A stretch of 64,000 bases of DNA from Fibrobacteria bacterium (GTDB lineage: Bacteria > Fibrobacterota > Fibrobacteria > UBA11236), in contig JBGTHM010000100.1 in the NCBI GenBank assembly GCA_041746255.1, positions 96,001-160,000 on the forward strand, in the 5' to 3' direction. Positions 18,922 through 28,854 of the stretch are shown here, piece after piece. A model generated the notes under the pieces. It was not told the DNA's origin. It saw only the letters and a list, made by a program, of their open reading frames with translations, and ran no database searches. Every line of letters starts with the position of its first letter. Within the stretch, counting starts at the first letter, position 1. Made by a program: the position numbers and the translations under genes.

Positions 18922-19871
18922 GGTCCCATTTCCTGAAGCAATAGAGGATAGGCTTTAACCTCGGGGCGCATTTTGCCGCGGATAAACCAGAGTTGCGAAA
19001 CCGCGTCCATCAATTCGCCGGCCTGATCGACTTTTCCCGCTCCGTCAAGCAAAATTCCGTCCACCCTATCCAGCAAGGTTTCTCCCCTTTCCGCCAGGTG
19101 ATTGGCATTGATGCTCAATATCTCCGCTTGTATCGAAGCGTTCTGCAAAGCGCGTATGGCGCTATCGGCATTGGCGAGCATGGGTCCCGCCGAAGCCGAG
19201 ACCGTCTTTTCCAACCGGTGAATGCCGGCAAGCATGTCGTTTCCCTGCGACATCACGGTATCCAATCTGTCGAGACTGACGAAAAAGCGGTCGTACAGGG
19301 CGCGTGAACCCAACATGGCCCCGATGGTCGAGGAGGAATCCTGACTCATAGCCACTACCCTGCCTATGCTGGCCAGCAATTGGTCCGTCTTCCCCATCAA
19401 ATCGGTCAATCCCGTCAAAACCGACTCGATGTCGCGGGAATGGGAAACCATAATCCTGTCCCCATCCCCCAAAATCCTCCCTCCCGGACTCAAGCTCTCG
19501 ATATTAATCACCCTGTCGCTAACCAGATTCTTGTCACGTAACGCAAAGGCTGCCGAGCGATCGGTAATATATTCCTGAAAGCGTTTTTCGATTATCAATT
19601 CCAATACCACCCGGCCCGATGAGGTGCCCGAGGCCGGATCGCGGTAAAGGTTGATGTTTCCCACCTGGCCGATATGCACGCCATTCAACAAGACATCGGT
19701 GCCCTGACGCAGCCCGATTCCGCTGTCGAAAACCGCCAGAATGGTATAGCGCCTTTCGAACACACCTTTTTTCTGGAAAAGCAGGAGCAGCGCCACGCCG
19801 AAAACCACCAGGCAGCTGGCGACGAAAAACCCGGTCAACAGGTTTTTATGCCGATGGAGGTTGATTCTCAT
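18918..19871 (-). CDS. mlaD: MCE/MlaD family protein with long helical extension
   Basis: N-terminal TM, MCE motif GLRQGTDVLLNGVHIGQV and a C-terminal helical region. ATGA overlap with the ATPase stop. Confidence 0.9.
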   Translation of the reverse strand: MRINLHRHKNLLTGFFVASCLVVFGVALLLLFQKKGVFERRYTILAVFDSGIGLRQGTDVLLNGVHIGQVGNINLYRDPASGTSSGRVVLELIIEKRFQEYITDRSAAFALRDKNLVSDRVINIESLSPGGRILGDGDRIMVSHSRDIESVLTGLTDLMGKTDQLLASIGRVVAMSQDSSSTIGAMLGSRALYDRFFVSLDRLDTVMSQGNDMLAGIHRLEKTVSASAGPMLANADSAIRALQNASIQAEILSINANHLAERGETLLDRVDGILLDGAGKVDQAGELMDAVSQLWFIRGKMRPEVKAYPLLLQEMGP

Positions 19872-20629
19872 ACCGGAACCTGCGCTGACTCTTCTTCCAG
19901 GTAACGGAAAAGGTATTCCACGAAAGAATCCTGGCAATTCTTCATTTGCTCATAACCCATGGGTTCCAACATCTCGCCTTCCTTGAGCACGCCGATTTCG
20001 CCTCCGAGTTCCCGTGCAGCCATCATATCATGCGTAACGATAATCATGGAAGCATGGTGTAGGCGCCGGATGTTACCGATGAGGGCCAAAAGCACCGAAC
20101 GGCTGACGCGGTCGAGTCCCGCGGTCGGTTCGTCCATGAGAATGAGCTTGGGCCGCATGATCATGGCGCGCGCCACCGCGGCCCGCTTTTGGATGCCGAG
20201 GCTCAGGTTGGATGGGTATTGATGCTGGTATTCCTTGATGAGCAGCATCTCCAAGGCGCCGTCGACACGCGAGCGGATTTCGTCCTCCGTTCCCGCACCA
20301 TGGTAATACATGGGGAGGGCGACATTTTCCCAAATGCTGCGATTGGAAATAAGGGCGGGATGCTGAAAGACAAAACCGATATCTTTCTTCAACCGGTTGA
20401 ATTCTTCCGGGCTCAAATTGTGGATGTCTTCGTTGAAAATCCGGATAATGCCCGCATCGGGGGTTTCCAAACCCACCAACAGCCGGAGCAAAGTGCTTTT
20501 CCCCTGTCCGCTCAGCCCGCAAACGGTTAATATCTGCCCCGGAACCAGATGGAAATCCACTCCCCTTAAAACGGGTTCATGTCCCTTATATGCGAAGCGC
20601 AGATTTTGGACCGACACCACTGCACTCAT
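19868..20629 (-). CDS. mlaF: ABC ATP-binding protein, MlaF/Mkl family
   Basis: Walker A GLSGQGKST, signature LSLGIQKR, Walker B LMDEPTAGLD and VTHD. Confidence 0.9.
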   Translation of the reverse strand: MSAVVSVQNLRFAYKGHEPVLRGVDFHLVPGQILTVCGLSGQGKSTLLRLLVGLETPDAGIIRIFNEDIHNLSPEEFNRLKKDIGFVFQHPALISNRSIWENVALPMYYHGAGTEDEIRSRVDGALEMLLIKEYQHQYPSNLSLGIQKRAAVARAMIMRPKLILMDEPTAGLDRVSRSVLLALIGNIRRLHHASMIIVTHDMMAARELGGEIGVLKEGEMLEPMGYEQMKNCQDSFVEYLFRYLEEESAQVPV

Positions 20630-20642
20630 GCGACCACCCCCA

Positions 20643-21464
20643 TCAGAGTATCTCCAATTGGGCCAAAAAGGGAATGGCCATGATGGAATCGCATAATACG
20701 ATGAATACGAAGGAGTTGACGACGCCCTTGGTGGTGGCTTTCGGAACGTCCCGGATATCGTTCGACACGCTTATCCCATGGTAACACGACACCAAAGCGA
20801 TAATCGCTCCGAAAAACAAGGGCTTGAGTATCGCCAACACACCGTCCATAATGCCCATGGAGGAAATGATCCTATCCATGTACAACGCCAGGGGCAATTG
20901 CATGCCCGCGAAATCGGGAATCACCACCCCCAGAATCTGCACCACGAAGAACCCGCCGATAATCGCCGTCAGGTTGAAGACCACCGTTAGGCAGAAAAGG
21001 GAAACAATGGTGGCCACGAAGGCGGGAAACACCAGGAAGCGCACCGGATCGACTCCCATGGCCGTTAAGGCATCGATTTCCTGTTGCACTTTCATGTTTC
21101 CGAGAAAAGTGCTGAGAGCGGAACCGGTGCGCCCGGCCACCAGGAAGGCGGTGAACAAGGGGCCGATTTCCCGCACGATAACCACGACCATGACATTGCC
21201 GAAATAATCCGTGGCGCCGATTTTTGGCATTACCGTTACAGCTTGCAAAATTGTGGCGCTGCCGAGTACCAGAGCCAGAAAAGCCACCAGGGGGATGGCC
21301 TCGACACCCGTGAAATAGGTTTGTCCCACCATTTGCTGGAAATTCTGTTTACGATTCGCCTTGCCGCCGAAAACGCAGAGCGAGGATTTTACTCCCAATT
21401 CCAACAATTGGCCGAGATAGGATCTCCGTGAAACGGAGCCGATCCAAGTGAGTACGCTTGCCAT
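20643..21464 (-). CDS. mlaE: MlaE family permease
   Basis: REIGPLFTAFLVAGRTGSA, EIDALTAMGVDP and VPKATTKGVV. Confidence 0.93.
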   Translation of the reverse strand: MASVLTWIGSVSRRSYLGQLLELGVKSSLCVFGGKANRKQNFQQMVGQTYFTGVEAIPLVAFLALVLGSATILQAVTVMPKIGATDYFGNVMVVVIVREIGPLFTAFLVAGRTGSALSTFLGNMKVQQEIDALTAMGVDPVRFLVFPAFVATIVSLFCLTVVFNLTAIIGGFFVVQILGVVIPDFAGMQLPLALYMDRIISSMGIMDGVLAILKPLFFGAIIALVSCYHGISVSNDIRDVPKATTKGVVNSFVFIVLCDSIMAIPFLAQLEIL

Positions 21465-21634
21465 CCCTACATTCTACCGCCTGGAACCCGGATTGGAAAA
21501 GGACGTCTGACAGGTTCTTTTAGGAGGGCTTAGATGACGTTCAAGCGGATTTCATAGCCGGGATTCGGCGCTATTTCGGAAAATCAACCCCGTGGGCGGG
21601 GGGATTCCGCGATTAGAGGTGGTGGTGCGGAAGC

Positions 21635-22216
21635 CTAGGACTTAAGCAATTGTTCCACTTGCTCCCAAACCTCGTCGGCCCCTTTTTTCTTCAGGGTGCT
21701 GGTAAGCAGGGGGATGGTGGGAAGATCGTAGGTTTTCTGTAATTGGCTCAAGGCCGCACGTGCGGCGTTGGTTCCCAATTTATCCCCCTTGGTTGCCACC
21801 GGCAAAATGGAATGGCCCAGGGTCAAGAGCCATTCCAACGCCAGTTGATCGATTTTGGTGGAAGGAAGCCGGATATCCAGCAAATAGAGAATGCCGCGCA
21901 GGGCGGGGGCTTGGGTAAAATAAGTTTCCAGGGCCGATTCCATGGACCGGAGTGTTTCGTGGCCGGCCTTGGCATAACCCAAACCCGGCAAATCCACCAG
22001 GTAAAACAAACGGTTGATGCGGAAGAATTGGATAGCCCGGGTTTTCCCGGGCACGCGGCTGGTTTTGACCAGGCCTTTGCGACCCAGGAGATAATTGATG
22101 AGGGAGGATTTTCCGACATTGGAGCGGCCTATCAAGGCTACTTGCGGCAAGTCGTCTTCGGGATAGTCGGAGCGATGGATGGCCGATTTTACAAATTCGG
22201 CGGACTGGATTTTCAT
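21635..22216 (-). CDS. engB: Ribosome biogenesis GTPase YihA/EngB
   Basis: GRSNVGKSSLIN, PGKT, DLPGLGYAK and TKGDK. Confidence 0.95.
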   Translation of the reverse strand: MKIQSAEFVKSAIHRSDYPEDDLPQVALIGRSNVGKSSLINYLLGRKGLVKTSRVPGKTRAIQFFRINRLFYLVDLPGLGYAKAGHETLRSMESALETYFTQAPALRGILYLLDIRLPSTKIDQLALEWLLTLGHSILPVATKGDKLGTNAARAALSQLQKTYDLPTIPLLTSTLKKKGADEVWEQVEQLLKS

Positions 22217-22219
22217 GAC

Positions 22220-22879
22220 CTAGGCGATATCCTGACCGGAAAAATCGACGCGCCCTTCCAAAGCCCTTTGCATGGTAAGTTCGTCCACGTATTCGAGATC
22301 ACTTCCAATGGGAATGCCGCGCGCCAGGCGGGAGATCTTCACTCGGCTACCTTGCAGTTTTCTGGCGATGTACATGGCGGTGGCTTCACCCTCGGCATGG
22401 GTTCCCAGCGCCAGGATGAGCTCGGCTTCGGAGCCCTCGACCCGCTGGAACAACCGCGCAAGATTCAATTCCTGCGGACCGACTCCGTCCAGCGGCGATA
22501 GGCAGCCTCCGAGAATGTGGTACACTCCGGGGAAACGCCCCGACCTTTCCAAGGCGAGTACGTCCCAGGGTTTTTCGACCACGCAAACAAGCGATCGCTG
22601 CCTCCTCGGGTTGGTGCAGACGGGACATAAGTCCATTTGCGTGTAATTGCCGCATTCCCTACAGGCATGCACATGCTTGCGCGCCTCGGAAATGGCCTGG
22701 GCCAGACGCTCGGCCGAATCGTTGCGGCCCTGCAACAGGAAATAAGCCAATCTTTGCGCGGTTTTGCGTCCTATGGAGGGAAGTCGCGACAATTGTTGCA
22801 CCAGATTATCGATAACCGGTTCGGTTTTAGTTCCTGGGGCCGCTTCCCCCCCTTCGGGGCTTCGGAAAAATTCAGACAT
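22220..22879 (-). CDS. recR: Recombination mediator RecR
   Basis: HhH LPSIGRKTAQRLA, C4 zinc finger CREC...CPVC, TOPRIM domain (VVE; EGEATA; ARGIPIGSDLEYVD). Start codon uncertain. Confidence 0.95.
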   Translation of the reverse strand: MSEFFRSPEGGEAAPGTKTEPVIDNLVQQLSRLPSIGRKTAQRLAYFLLQGRNDSAERLAQAISEARKHVHACRECGNYTQMDLCPVCTNPRRQRSLVCVVEKPWDVLALERSGRFPGVYHILGGCLSPLDGVGPQELNLARLFQRVEGSEAELILALGTHAEGEATAMYIARKLQGSRVKISRLARGIPIGSDLEYVDELTMQRALEGRVDFSGQDIA

Positions 22880-23068
22880 AGGGCATAAAGTACTTAAAGT
22901 TATCTCCTCGAATTCGCTTCTTCCGGATGACAAGGGTCACTTCGATGTTCTCTCCCAGCGCAATTTGTTAGATTTGCTGGGCAAATCACCGCCTTTCCGG
23001 CCCGTCGGCCCACGGTAGCCAAAAAGGGAAGCGCGGAGTATGCACCGACACTCCAATCGAGGAAAGCA

Positions 23069-23998
23069 TTGCTCTTGGGAACCCGATTTAGCCTAATCGT
23101 TGTAAGCATATTCGGCTTGACCTGTGCTCTCCAAGCTGTTGCCCGCTCTATCAACGCCCATGCCGGTTTTTCCCAACCCGGTATCCATTCGGGCGATACC
23201 CTCAGCTATACAGTGAAAGTGGAATGGATGGAGCAGGGGCCGGAAATTGCAGTAGCTGCGCCGGAGGACTTGAATTTCACCGCTTTTACCGTCATCGAGC
23301 GGAAAACCGCCTTTCGCAAATCCGCCGCCGAGGGAAATACCCTGAATAGTATTGAATTCACCTATCATCTGCGCAGTGGCGATGCCGGCAATGGAATGGC
23401 CTCGGCAGCCCGAATTCCCTATTCCGATGCGAATGGAACCCACCACCTCCCCCTTGCGTCCGCAAATCTGGAAATCCTTCCCCCACGCGTCCCCCTGTTG
23501 GAGCGGCCGGGATTCCGATATACCGCTTATGCGGGGTTCGTGGCACTGGCTTTCGCCGGAGGACTGATAACCCGAAAAAAATTCAAGGATAAAAAGGCGC
23601 GGGAAAACCGGAATGAACTACCGGGTTGGGCGGAAGAAATCAAGCGTCTTAAAAGCCGGCTGGCAGTAGCTGAAAGCAAATTGCTGCTGGAGGATATGGA
23701 AAGTCTCACGGTGCGCTACCTGCGCGCGGAAATTGCGCGACTCGACGGCGCCCGAAAATCGCGTTCCTCTACCGCCACTACCAGCGACAAAGATATACCG
23801 GTGGCTGGATTCGACCATCTCCTGCCGCGTTACCTGGAATTGATGGACAATGCCGAGGCGGATTCCTGGAACAAATTGGGAGACCTATTCCGATATGCCC
23901 GTTATGCCGGAGGGCACAAGGAGCGGCATGAACTTTCCGCCGGATATGGATTATTGAAAACCTGCATGCGCGTCAACGAAGAAAAAGGGGATACCTAA
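23069..23998 (+). CDS. BatD-like single-domain membrane protein
   Basis: Signal peptide, Ig-like BatD-type domain (GDTLSYTVKVEW), a TM helix and a helical C-terminus. Lies 1 nt upstream of moxR. Confidence 0.65.
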   Translation: MLLGTRFSLIVVSIFGLTCALQAVARSINAHAGFSQPGIHSGDTLSYTVKVEWMEQGPEIAVAAPEDLNFTAFTVIERKTAFRKSAAEGNTLNSIEFTYHLRSGDAGNGMASAARIPYSDANGTHHLPLASANLEILPPRVPLLERPGFRYTAYAGFVALAFAGGLITRKKFKDKKARENRNELPGWAEEIKRLKSRLAVAESKLLLEDMESLTVRYLRAEIARLDGARKSRSSTATTSDKDIPVAGFDHLLPRYLELMDNAEADSWNKLGDLFRYARYAGGHKERHELSAGYGLLKTCMRVNEEKGDT

Positions 23999-23999
23999 A

Positions 24000-24983
24000 G
24001 TGGATATACAAGCAATCACGGAAAAGGTGAAAAGCCTGGAGCCGTTAATCCTCAAAATACAGGATGAGTTGGGAAAAGCCGTAATCGGCCAGAAAAGCAT
24101 GTTGGAACGCTTGCTTATCGGCATAATCGCCGATGGGCACGTTCTGCTCGAAGGCGTGCCGGGTCTGGCCAAAACCACCGCCGTCAAAGCGCTGGCGGCC
24201 TCCATCCACGCGCAATTCAGCCGTATCCAATTCACCCCCGACTTGTTGCCGGCCGACCTCATCGGCACTTTGGTGTTCAATCCGAAATCGGGCGACTTCA
24301 ACATCAAGAAGGGTCCCATTTTCGCCAACCTTATTTTGGCGGACGAAATCAACCGTGCTCCGTCCAAGGTGCAGTCCGCCCTGCTGGAAGCCATGCAGGA
24401 GAAAACCGTGACCATCGGGGACACCACTTTCGAATTACCCCCACTATTCTTGGTGCTTGCCACCCAGAACCCTTTGGAACAGGAAGGAACCTATCCCCTG
24501 CCCGAGGCCCAAGTGGATCGTTTCATGCTCAAGGTCACCCTCGACTACCCCACTCGGGAGGAGGAAAAGGCCATCGTCAACGCCGTCTCGGGCGCGGGCT
24601 TTCCCCAGTCGAAGCCGGTGGCCACCACGGAAGATTTGCTGCGCGCGCGGGAAATCGCCAAAGGCGTCTACATGGACGAGAAAATCAAGGATTATATCGT
24701 GAACCTGGTCGCCGCCACGCGCGATCCGGTAGGCGCGGGCATCAAAGACCTGGCCAACCTGGTGGAATACGGAGCCTCGCCGCGTACCAGCATCAGCTTG
24801 GCCAAGGCGGCCAAGGCCCATGCCCTGTTGAAGGCGCGCGGTTACGTCACCCCCGAAGACGTCAAGGCGGTGGGCATGGACGTGATGAAGCATCGCATCA
24901 TCCTTTCCTATGAGGCGCAGGCCGAAGAAATCAAGGTGGAGAACGTGGTGCAACGGGTATTCGACAACGTGGAAGTGCCGTAA
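24000..24983 (+). CDS. moxR: MoxR family AAA+ ATPase
   Basis: LEGVPGLAKT, RIQFTPDLLPAD, ADEINRAPSKVQSALLEAMQE, ATQNP and YGASPR. Confidence 0.96.
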   Translation: MDIQAITEKVKSLEPLILKIQDELGKAVIGQKSMLERLLIGIIADGHVLLEGVPGLAKTTAVKALAASIHAQFSRIQFTPDLLPADLIGTLVFNPKSGDFNIKKGPIFANLILADEINRAPSKVQSALLEAMQEKTVTIGDTTFELPPLFLVLATQNPLEQEGTYPLPEAQVDRFMLKVTLDYPTREEEKAIVNAVSGAGFPQSKPVATTEDLLRAREIAKGVYMDEKIKDYIVNLVAATRDPVGAGIKDLANLVEYGASPRTSISLAKAAKAHALLKARGYVTPEDVKAVGMDVMKHRIILSYEAQAEEIKVENVVQRVFDNVEVP

Positions 24984-25873
24984 TGATTTCCAAGGAAGTG
25001 CTTCGCAAGGTCCGGCAAATCGAAATACGCACCAGCAGCGTAGTCGATTCCGTGCTTTCCGGAGCGTACCATTCCTCGTTCAAGGGCAGGGGCATGGAGT
25101 TTTCCGAAGTGCGCGAATACGTGCCGGGAGACGAAATCCGTTCCATCGACTGGAATGTTACCGCCCGCACCGGCACGCCTTTCATCAAAAAATACGTGGA
25201 GGAGCGCGAGCTTACCGTGATTTTGGTGGTGGACGCGAGCTCTTCGGGGGAATTCGGCAGCCAATCGGAAATGAAGGGCGAGGTGATGGCTACCATCAGC
25301 GCACTACTGGCCTTTTCCGCCATTAAAAACAACGACCGCGTCGGATTGCTTATTTTCACCTCGCAAGTGGAGAAATTCATCCCGCCCCAAAAGGGTAAGA
25401 AACACGTGCTGCGCGTTATTCGGGAATTGCTGTATTTCCGCCCCCAGGCCAAGGGAACCGATTTGGCCATGGCCCTGGATCATCTCAACCGTATCCAGAA
25501 ACGCCGGGCCGTAGTCTTCGTGATCTCCGATTTCGCCACCGGCTCTTTCGAGAAACCCATCAAGCTGCTTAAACGGCGGCATGACAGCGTAGCTGTGGCG
25601 GTACTGGATCCGCGGGAGCGGGACTTTCCCGATATCGGATTCATCGAGTTGGAAGACGCCGAAACCGGCGAGTCCGTACTGGTGGATACCGGCGACGCGA
25701 ATTTCCGCAAACTTTTCCAGCGGGAGTCGCTACGGGAAACCACCGAGTTGCAAAAACTTTTCCGGCGGTTGAGTATGGACTATGTAGAAGTTCTCATCCG
25801 CAAAAATTACGACCAGACCGTGCATCCCCTCTTGGAATATTTTCGCAAAAGGTCGCTGAAGCATGGGCACTGA
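24983..25873 (+). CDS. DUF58 domain protein
   Basis: GRGMEFSEVREYVPGDEIRSIDWNVTAR and KYVEERE. Confidence 0.95.
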   Translation: MISKEVLRKVRQIEIRTSSVVDSVLSGAYHSSFKGRGMEFSEVREYVPGDEIRSIDWNVTARTGTPFIKKYVEERELTVILVVDASSSGEFGSQSEMKGEVMATISALLAFSAIKNNDRVGLLIFTSQVEKFIPPQKGKKHVLRVIRELLYFRPQAKGTDLAMALDHLNRIQKRRAVVFVISDFATGSFEKPIKLLKRRHDSVAVAVLDPRERDFPDIGFIELEDAETGESVLVDTGDANFRKLFQRESLRETTELQKLFRRLSMDYVEVLIRKNYDQTVHPLLEYFRKRSLKHGH

Positions 25874-26837
25874 CCGTCGCGGCGCTCTCTGGGCGCTGGT
25901 ACTCTGTATTTTCGGTTTCACCGGAGCGGGCGCGGCTTCCGCCGCGGGAAAGTTGGAGATATCTTCCCAGGTGGACCGCTCCGAAATTACCGTGGGCGAC
26001 CGCATCGTCTACACCATCACCGTGCAATATCCGGAAAATGGGACTGTCGAGCTGCCGTCGGTGCTGGGAAATCTCGGCGCCTTTGAAGTGAAGGAATACG
26101 GGGTGACCCCCGCGGAAACCAGAGATGGCCGCGTCTCGCAAACTTGGCGCTTCAGCCTGTCCACCTTTACCCTGGGAGATTTCACCCTTCCTCCCCAGCG
26201 AATCGATTTCATGGAAGGCGACGGAAAACTGCGCACCACCCACTTTACCCAGCCTATCGAAATCACGGTCAAGCGCACCTCACCCGAAGGAGCCAAGACC
26301 ATAGCGGATATCGCCGACTTGGCCGACATTCCCCAAGCGCCTCCCTGGGGCCTTATCGCCTTGGGAGCCCTGCTTGCCCTGGCAGCAGGCCTATGGGTCT
26401 GGCGGTCCAGGCGGAATCGGTCAGGCGCTTCCGACAAATCCATTCCTCGGTTGCCCCCCTATGAAGAGGCTTTGGAGCACCTCTCCCGATTGAACGCAAC
26501 CCAGTCGGTCCGGCAAAACCAGGCGCGGGAATTGTGTTTCGCCCTGTCTGAGATTTTACGGCGTTATGTGTCCCGACGGTTTACCGTCAACGGGTTGGAG
26601 GCCACCACCGAAGAATTCCTGCAACGCACTGCTGATCTTCCGGTGGACGTACCCCACCGCCGCTGGCTCGGGGATTTCTGCAGCCGCACCGATTTGGTCA
26701 AATTTGCGAACCTGAACCTGTTGGAAACCGAGGCCAACCAACTCATGCGCGAATTGCGGGAATTCCTCGATGCCACCCGACCGGCGCCCGAAACCCCCTC
26801 GGCATCTCCCTCCTCGAAGGGAGTGGCCCAAGCGTGA
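25863..26837 (+). CDS. BatD-like/DUF4381-like membrane protein of the bat operon
   Basis: Signal peptide, Ig-like domain (VDRSEITVGDRIVYTITV), TM helix, PPYEEAL, LEATTEE and DLVKFA. Confidence 0.8.
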   Translation: MGTDRRGALWALVLCIFGFTGAGAASAAGKLEISSQVDRSEITVGDRIVYTITVQYPENGTVELPSVLGNLGAFEVKEYGVTPAETRDGRVSQTWRFSLSTFTLGDFTLPPQRIDFMEGDGKLRTTHFTQPIEITVKRTSPEGAKTIADIADLADIPQAPPWGLIALGALLALAAGLWVWRSRRNRSGASDKSIPRLPPYEEALEHLSRLNATQSVRQNQARELCFALSEILRRYVSRRFTVNGLEATTEEFLQRTADLPVDVPHRRWLGDFCSRTDLVKFANLNLLETEANQLMRELREFLDATRPAPETPSASPSSKGVAQA

Positions 26838-27832
26838 TGTGGCCCACCTTTAACAGTCCCTGGTTTCTGCTGGGACTGCTGCTGATTCCCCTGTTGTTGT
26901 GGCGATACATTCGCTTAAGCGGCCGAAAGGAAGCGGGTATCCGCTTCCCCAGCCTGGGCATCATCAAACGTATTCCCAAGGGAACCTTCTACCATTTGCG
27001 CCATAGCCTTATCGCCCTGCGCCTGGCGGCTATAGCCTTTATCGTCATCGCCCTGGCGCGTCCGCAATACGGGGAATCCCTGGAAGAGGTGACCACCTCG
27101 GGCGTGGACATCGTGCTCATCCTGGATGTTTCCACCTCCATGAAAGTCATGGATTTCAAACCCAAGAACCGCTTGGTGGTCGCAAAACAGATTCTGGAGG
27201 ACTTCATCCTGGGCCGCAGGCATGACCGTATCGGCCTGGTGGTGTTCGCCGGAAAAAGCTACACCCAAAGCCCCCTTACCCTGGACTACGGTATCCTTGT
27301 CCAATTTTTACGTTCCGTCGATTTCGGAATTGTCGAGGACGGCACGGCCATCGGCACCGGGATACTGAACGGCGTGAATCGCCTTAAGAGCAGCGACGCC
27401 AAAAGCAAGGTGGCGGTGTTGCTCACCGATGGGGAAAACAACGCAGGGGAAGTCAGCCCCATGATGGCCGCCAGGGCCGCCAAAGCCATGGGAGTCAAGG
27501 TACATACCATTGGCGTGGGCAAGGACGGCGATCAGCCCATGGAAATCGACGATCCGGTTTTCGGGAAACGTATCGTCAGCGTGCCCACGAAAATGAACGA
27601 AGAGGAGTTGCTTGAAATCGCGACGCTTACGGGCGGGCAGTATTATCGCGCGCAGGATCCCGAGGCGTTGCGGAATATATTCGCGGCCATCGACGAATTG
27701 GAGAAAACCGAAATCCATACCACCACTTATAACCGTTACCATGAGCTTTTTTACAATTTGCTTCTGGTTGCGCTCGGCCTGCTTTTCGCGGAAATCATTC
27801 TCGCCAATACAAGGTTCATGAAAATCCCATGA
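26837..27832 (+). CDS. batA: BatA VWA-domain protein
   Basis: BatA N-terminal TM, LARPQ, MIDAS DVSTS, DRIGLVVFAG, GTAIG and LLTDGENN. Confidence 0.92.
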   Translation: MWPTFNSPWFLLGLLLIPLLLWRYIRLSGRKEAGIRFPSLGIIKRIPKGTFYHLRHSLIALRLAAIAFIVIALARPQYGESLEEVTTSGVDIVLILDVSTSMKVMDFKPKNRLVVAKQILEDFILGRRHDRIGLVVFAGKSYTQSPLTLDYGILVQFLRSVDFGIVEDGTAIGTGILNGVNRLKSSDAKSKVAVLLTDGENNAGEVSPMMAARAAKAMGVKVHTIGVGKDGDQPMEIDDPVFGKRIVSVPTKMNEEELLEIATLTGGQYYRAQDPEALRNIFAAIDELEKTEIHTTTYNRYHELFYNLLLVALGLLFAEIILANTRFMKIP

Positions 27833-28854
27833 GATTCGGATCCCCAACCAGCTTTTGGCTGCTGCTAGCCCTGCCCTTGCTGGCGGCTTTCTTCCTCTAT
27901 GCCATCCGGCGCAAGCGCCGCATGCTCCGACGTTTCGCCGAAGTGGAAATGCTGCGGAAAATGTCACAGAACATTTCGCCTTACCGGCAATTCCTGAAAG
28001 CCGCTTTGCAATTGACGGTGGTATTCTTCGTAGTGCTGGCTCTAACCCGCCCCCAATACGGCACCAAAATGGAAATGATGACGCGCCAGGGATTGGACGT
28101 GGTCATTGCCGCCGACGTTTCGCTTTCCATGCTCGCGGAAGACCTGAAACCCACACGCCTGGCCCGTACCAAACAGGAAATGGGCCGTTTCGTCGACAAT
28201 CTCTCCGGCGACCGTATCGGCCTGGTGGCTTTCGCGGGTGAGGCTTTTCTGCAATGTCCGCTTACCACGGACTACGGGGCCTTCAAAATTTTTCTCGACG
28301 AACTCGGTCCCGAGTTGATCGGCACGCCGGGGACCTCGATAGGAGCGGCGTTGGAAACGGCCCTCAAGGCGTTCGATCCCACGGAAAGGAAATACCGGGT
28401 GGTGGTATTGCTTACCGATGGCGAAGACCACAGCGGCGCGGCCGAAAAAGCGGCCCAGAAAGCCGCCGAGCAGGGAGTCATACTCTATACCGTCGGCATC
28501 GGATCACGCGGGGGAGCGCCCATTCCAGTCCGGGATCAGCGCGGTAGGGTCAGTTATAAAACCGATGCGCGTGGAAACGTGGTCACCACCCGCCTCGACG
28601 AGGTTTTACTCCAGAAAATGGCCTTGGCTACGGGAGGCAAGTATTTTCATGCTTCTCCCGGCAGCTTTGAACTGAAGCAGGTTTTGGAGGAAATCAACGC
28701 CATGGAAAAAAGGAAACTGGAGGGAGAACACTTCACCCAATTCGAGGAACGCTTCCAATGGCCGCTTACCGTGGCGCTAATCCTGATCGTGGGCGAAATG
28801 CTGCTTTCCGACCGGCGAAGGCGGAAACGCGAATGGGAGGGGCGTTTTTCATGA
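27829..28854 (+). CDS. batB: BatB VWA-domain protein
   Basis: LTRPQYG, MIDAS DVSLS, QCPLTTDY, LLTDGEDH and the GAPIP...VTTRLDE insert. Confidence 0.9.
   Translation: MRFGSPTSFWLLLALPLLAAFFLYAIRRKRRMLRRFAEVEMLRKMSQNISPYRQFLKAALQLTVVFFVVLALTRPQYGTKMEMMTRQGLDVVIAADVSLSMLAEDLKPTRLARTKQEMGRFVDNLSGDRIGLVAFAGEAFLQCPLTTDYGAFKIFLDELGPELIGTPGTSIGAALETALKAFDPTERKYRVVVLLTDGEDHSGAAEKAAQKAAEQGVILYTVGIGSRGGAPIPVRDQRGRVSYKTDARGNVVTTRLDEVLLQKMALATGGKYFHASPGSFELKQVLEEINAMEKRKLEGEHFTQFEERFQWPLTVALILIVGEMLLSDRRRRKREWEGRFS

Noticed and set aside
22880..23068. SRP RNA or other ncRNA upstream of recR
   Set aside because: No SRP domain IV motif (GGAA tetraloop with AGCAG) is visible.
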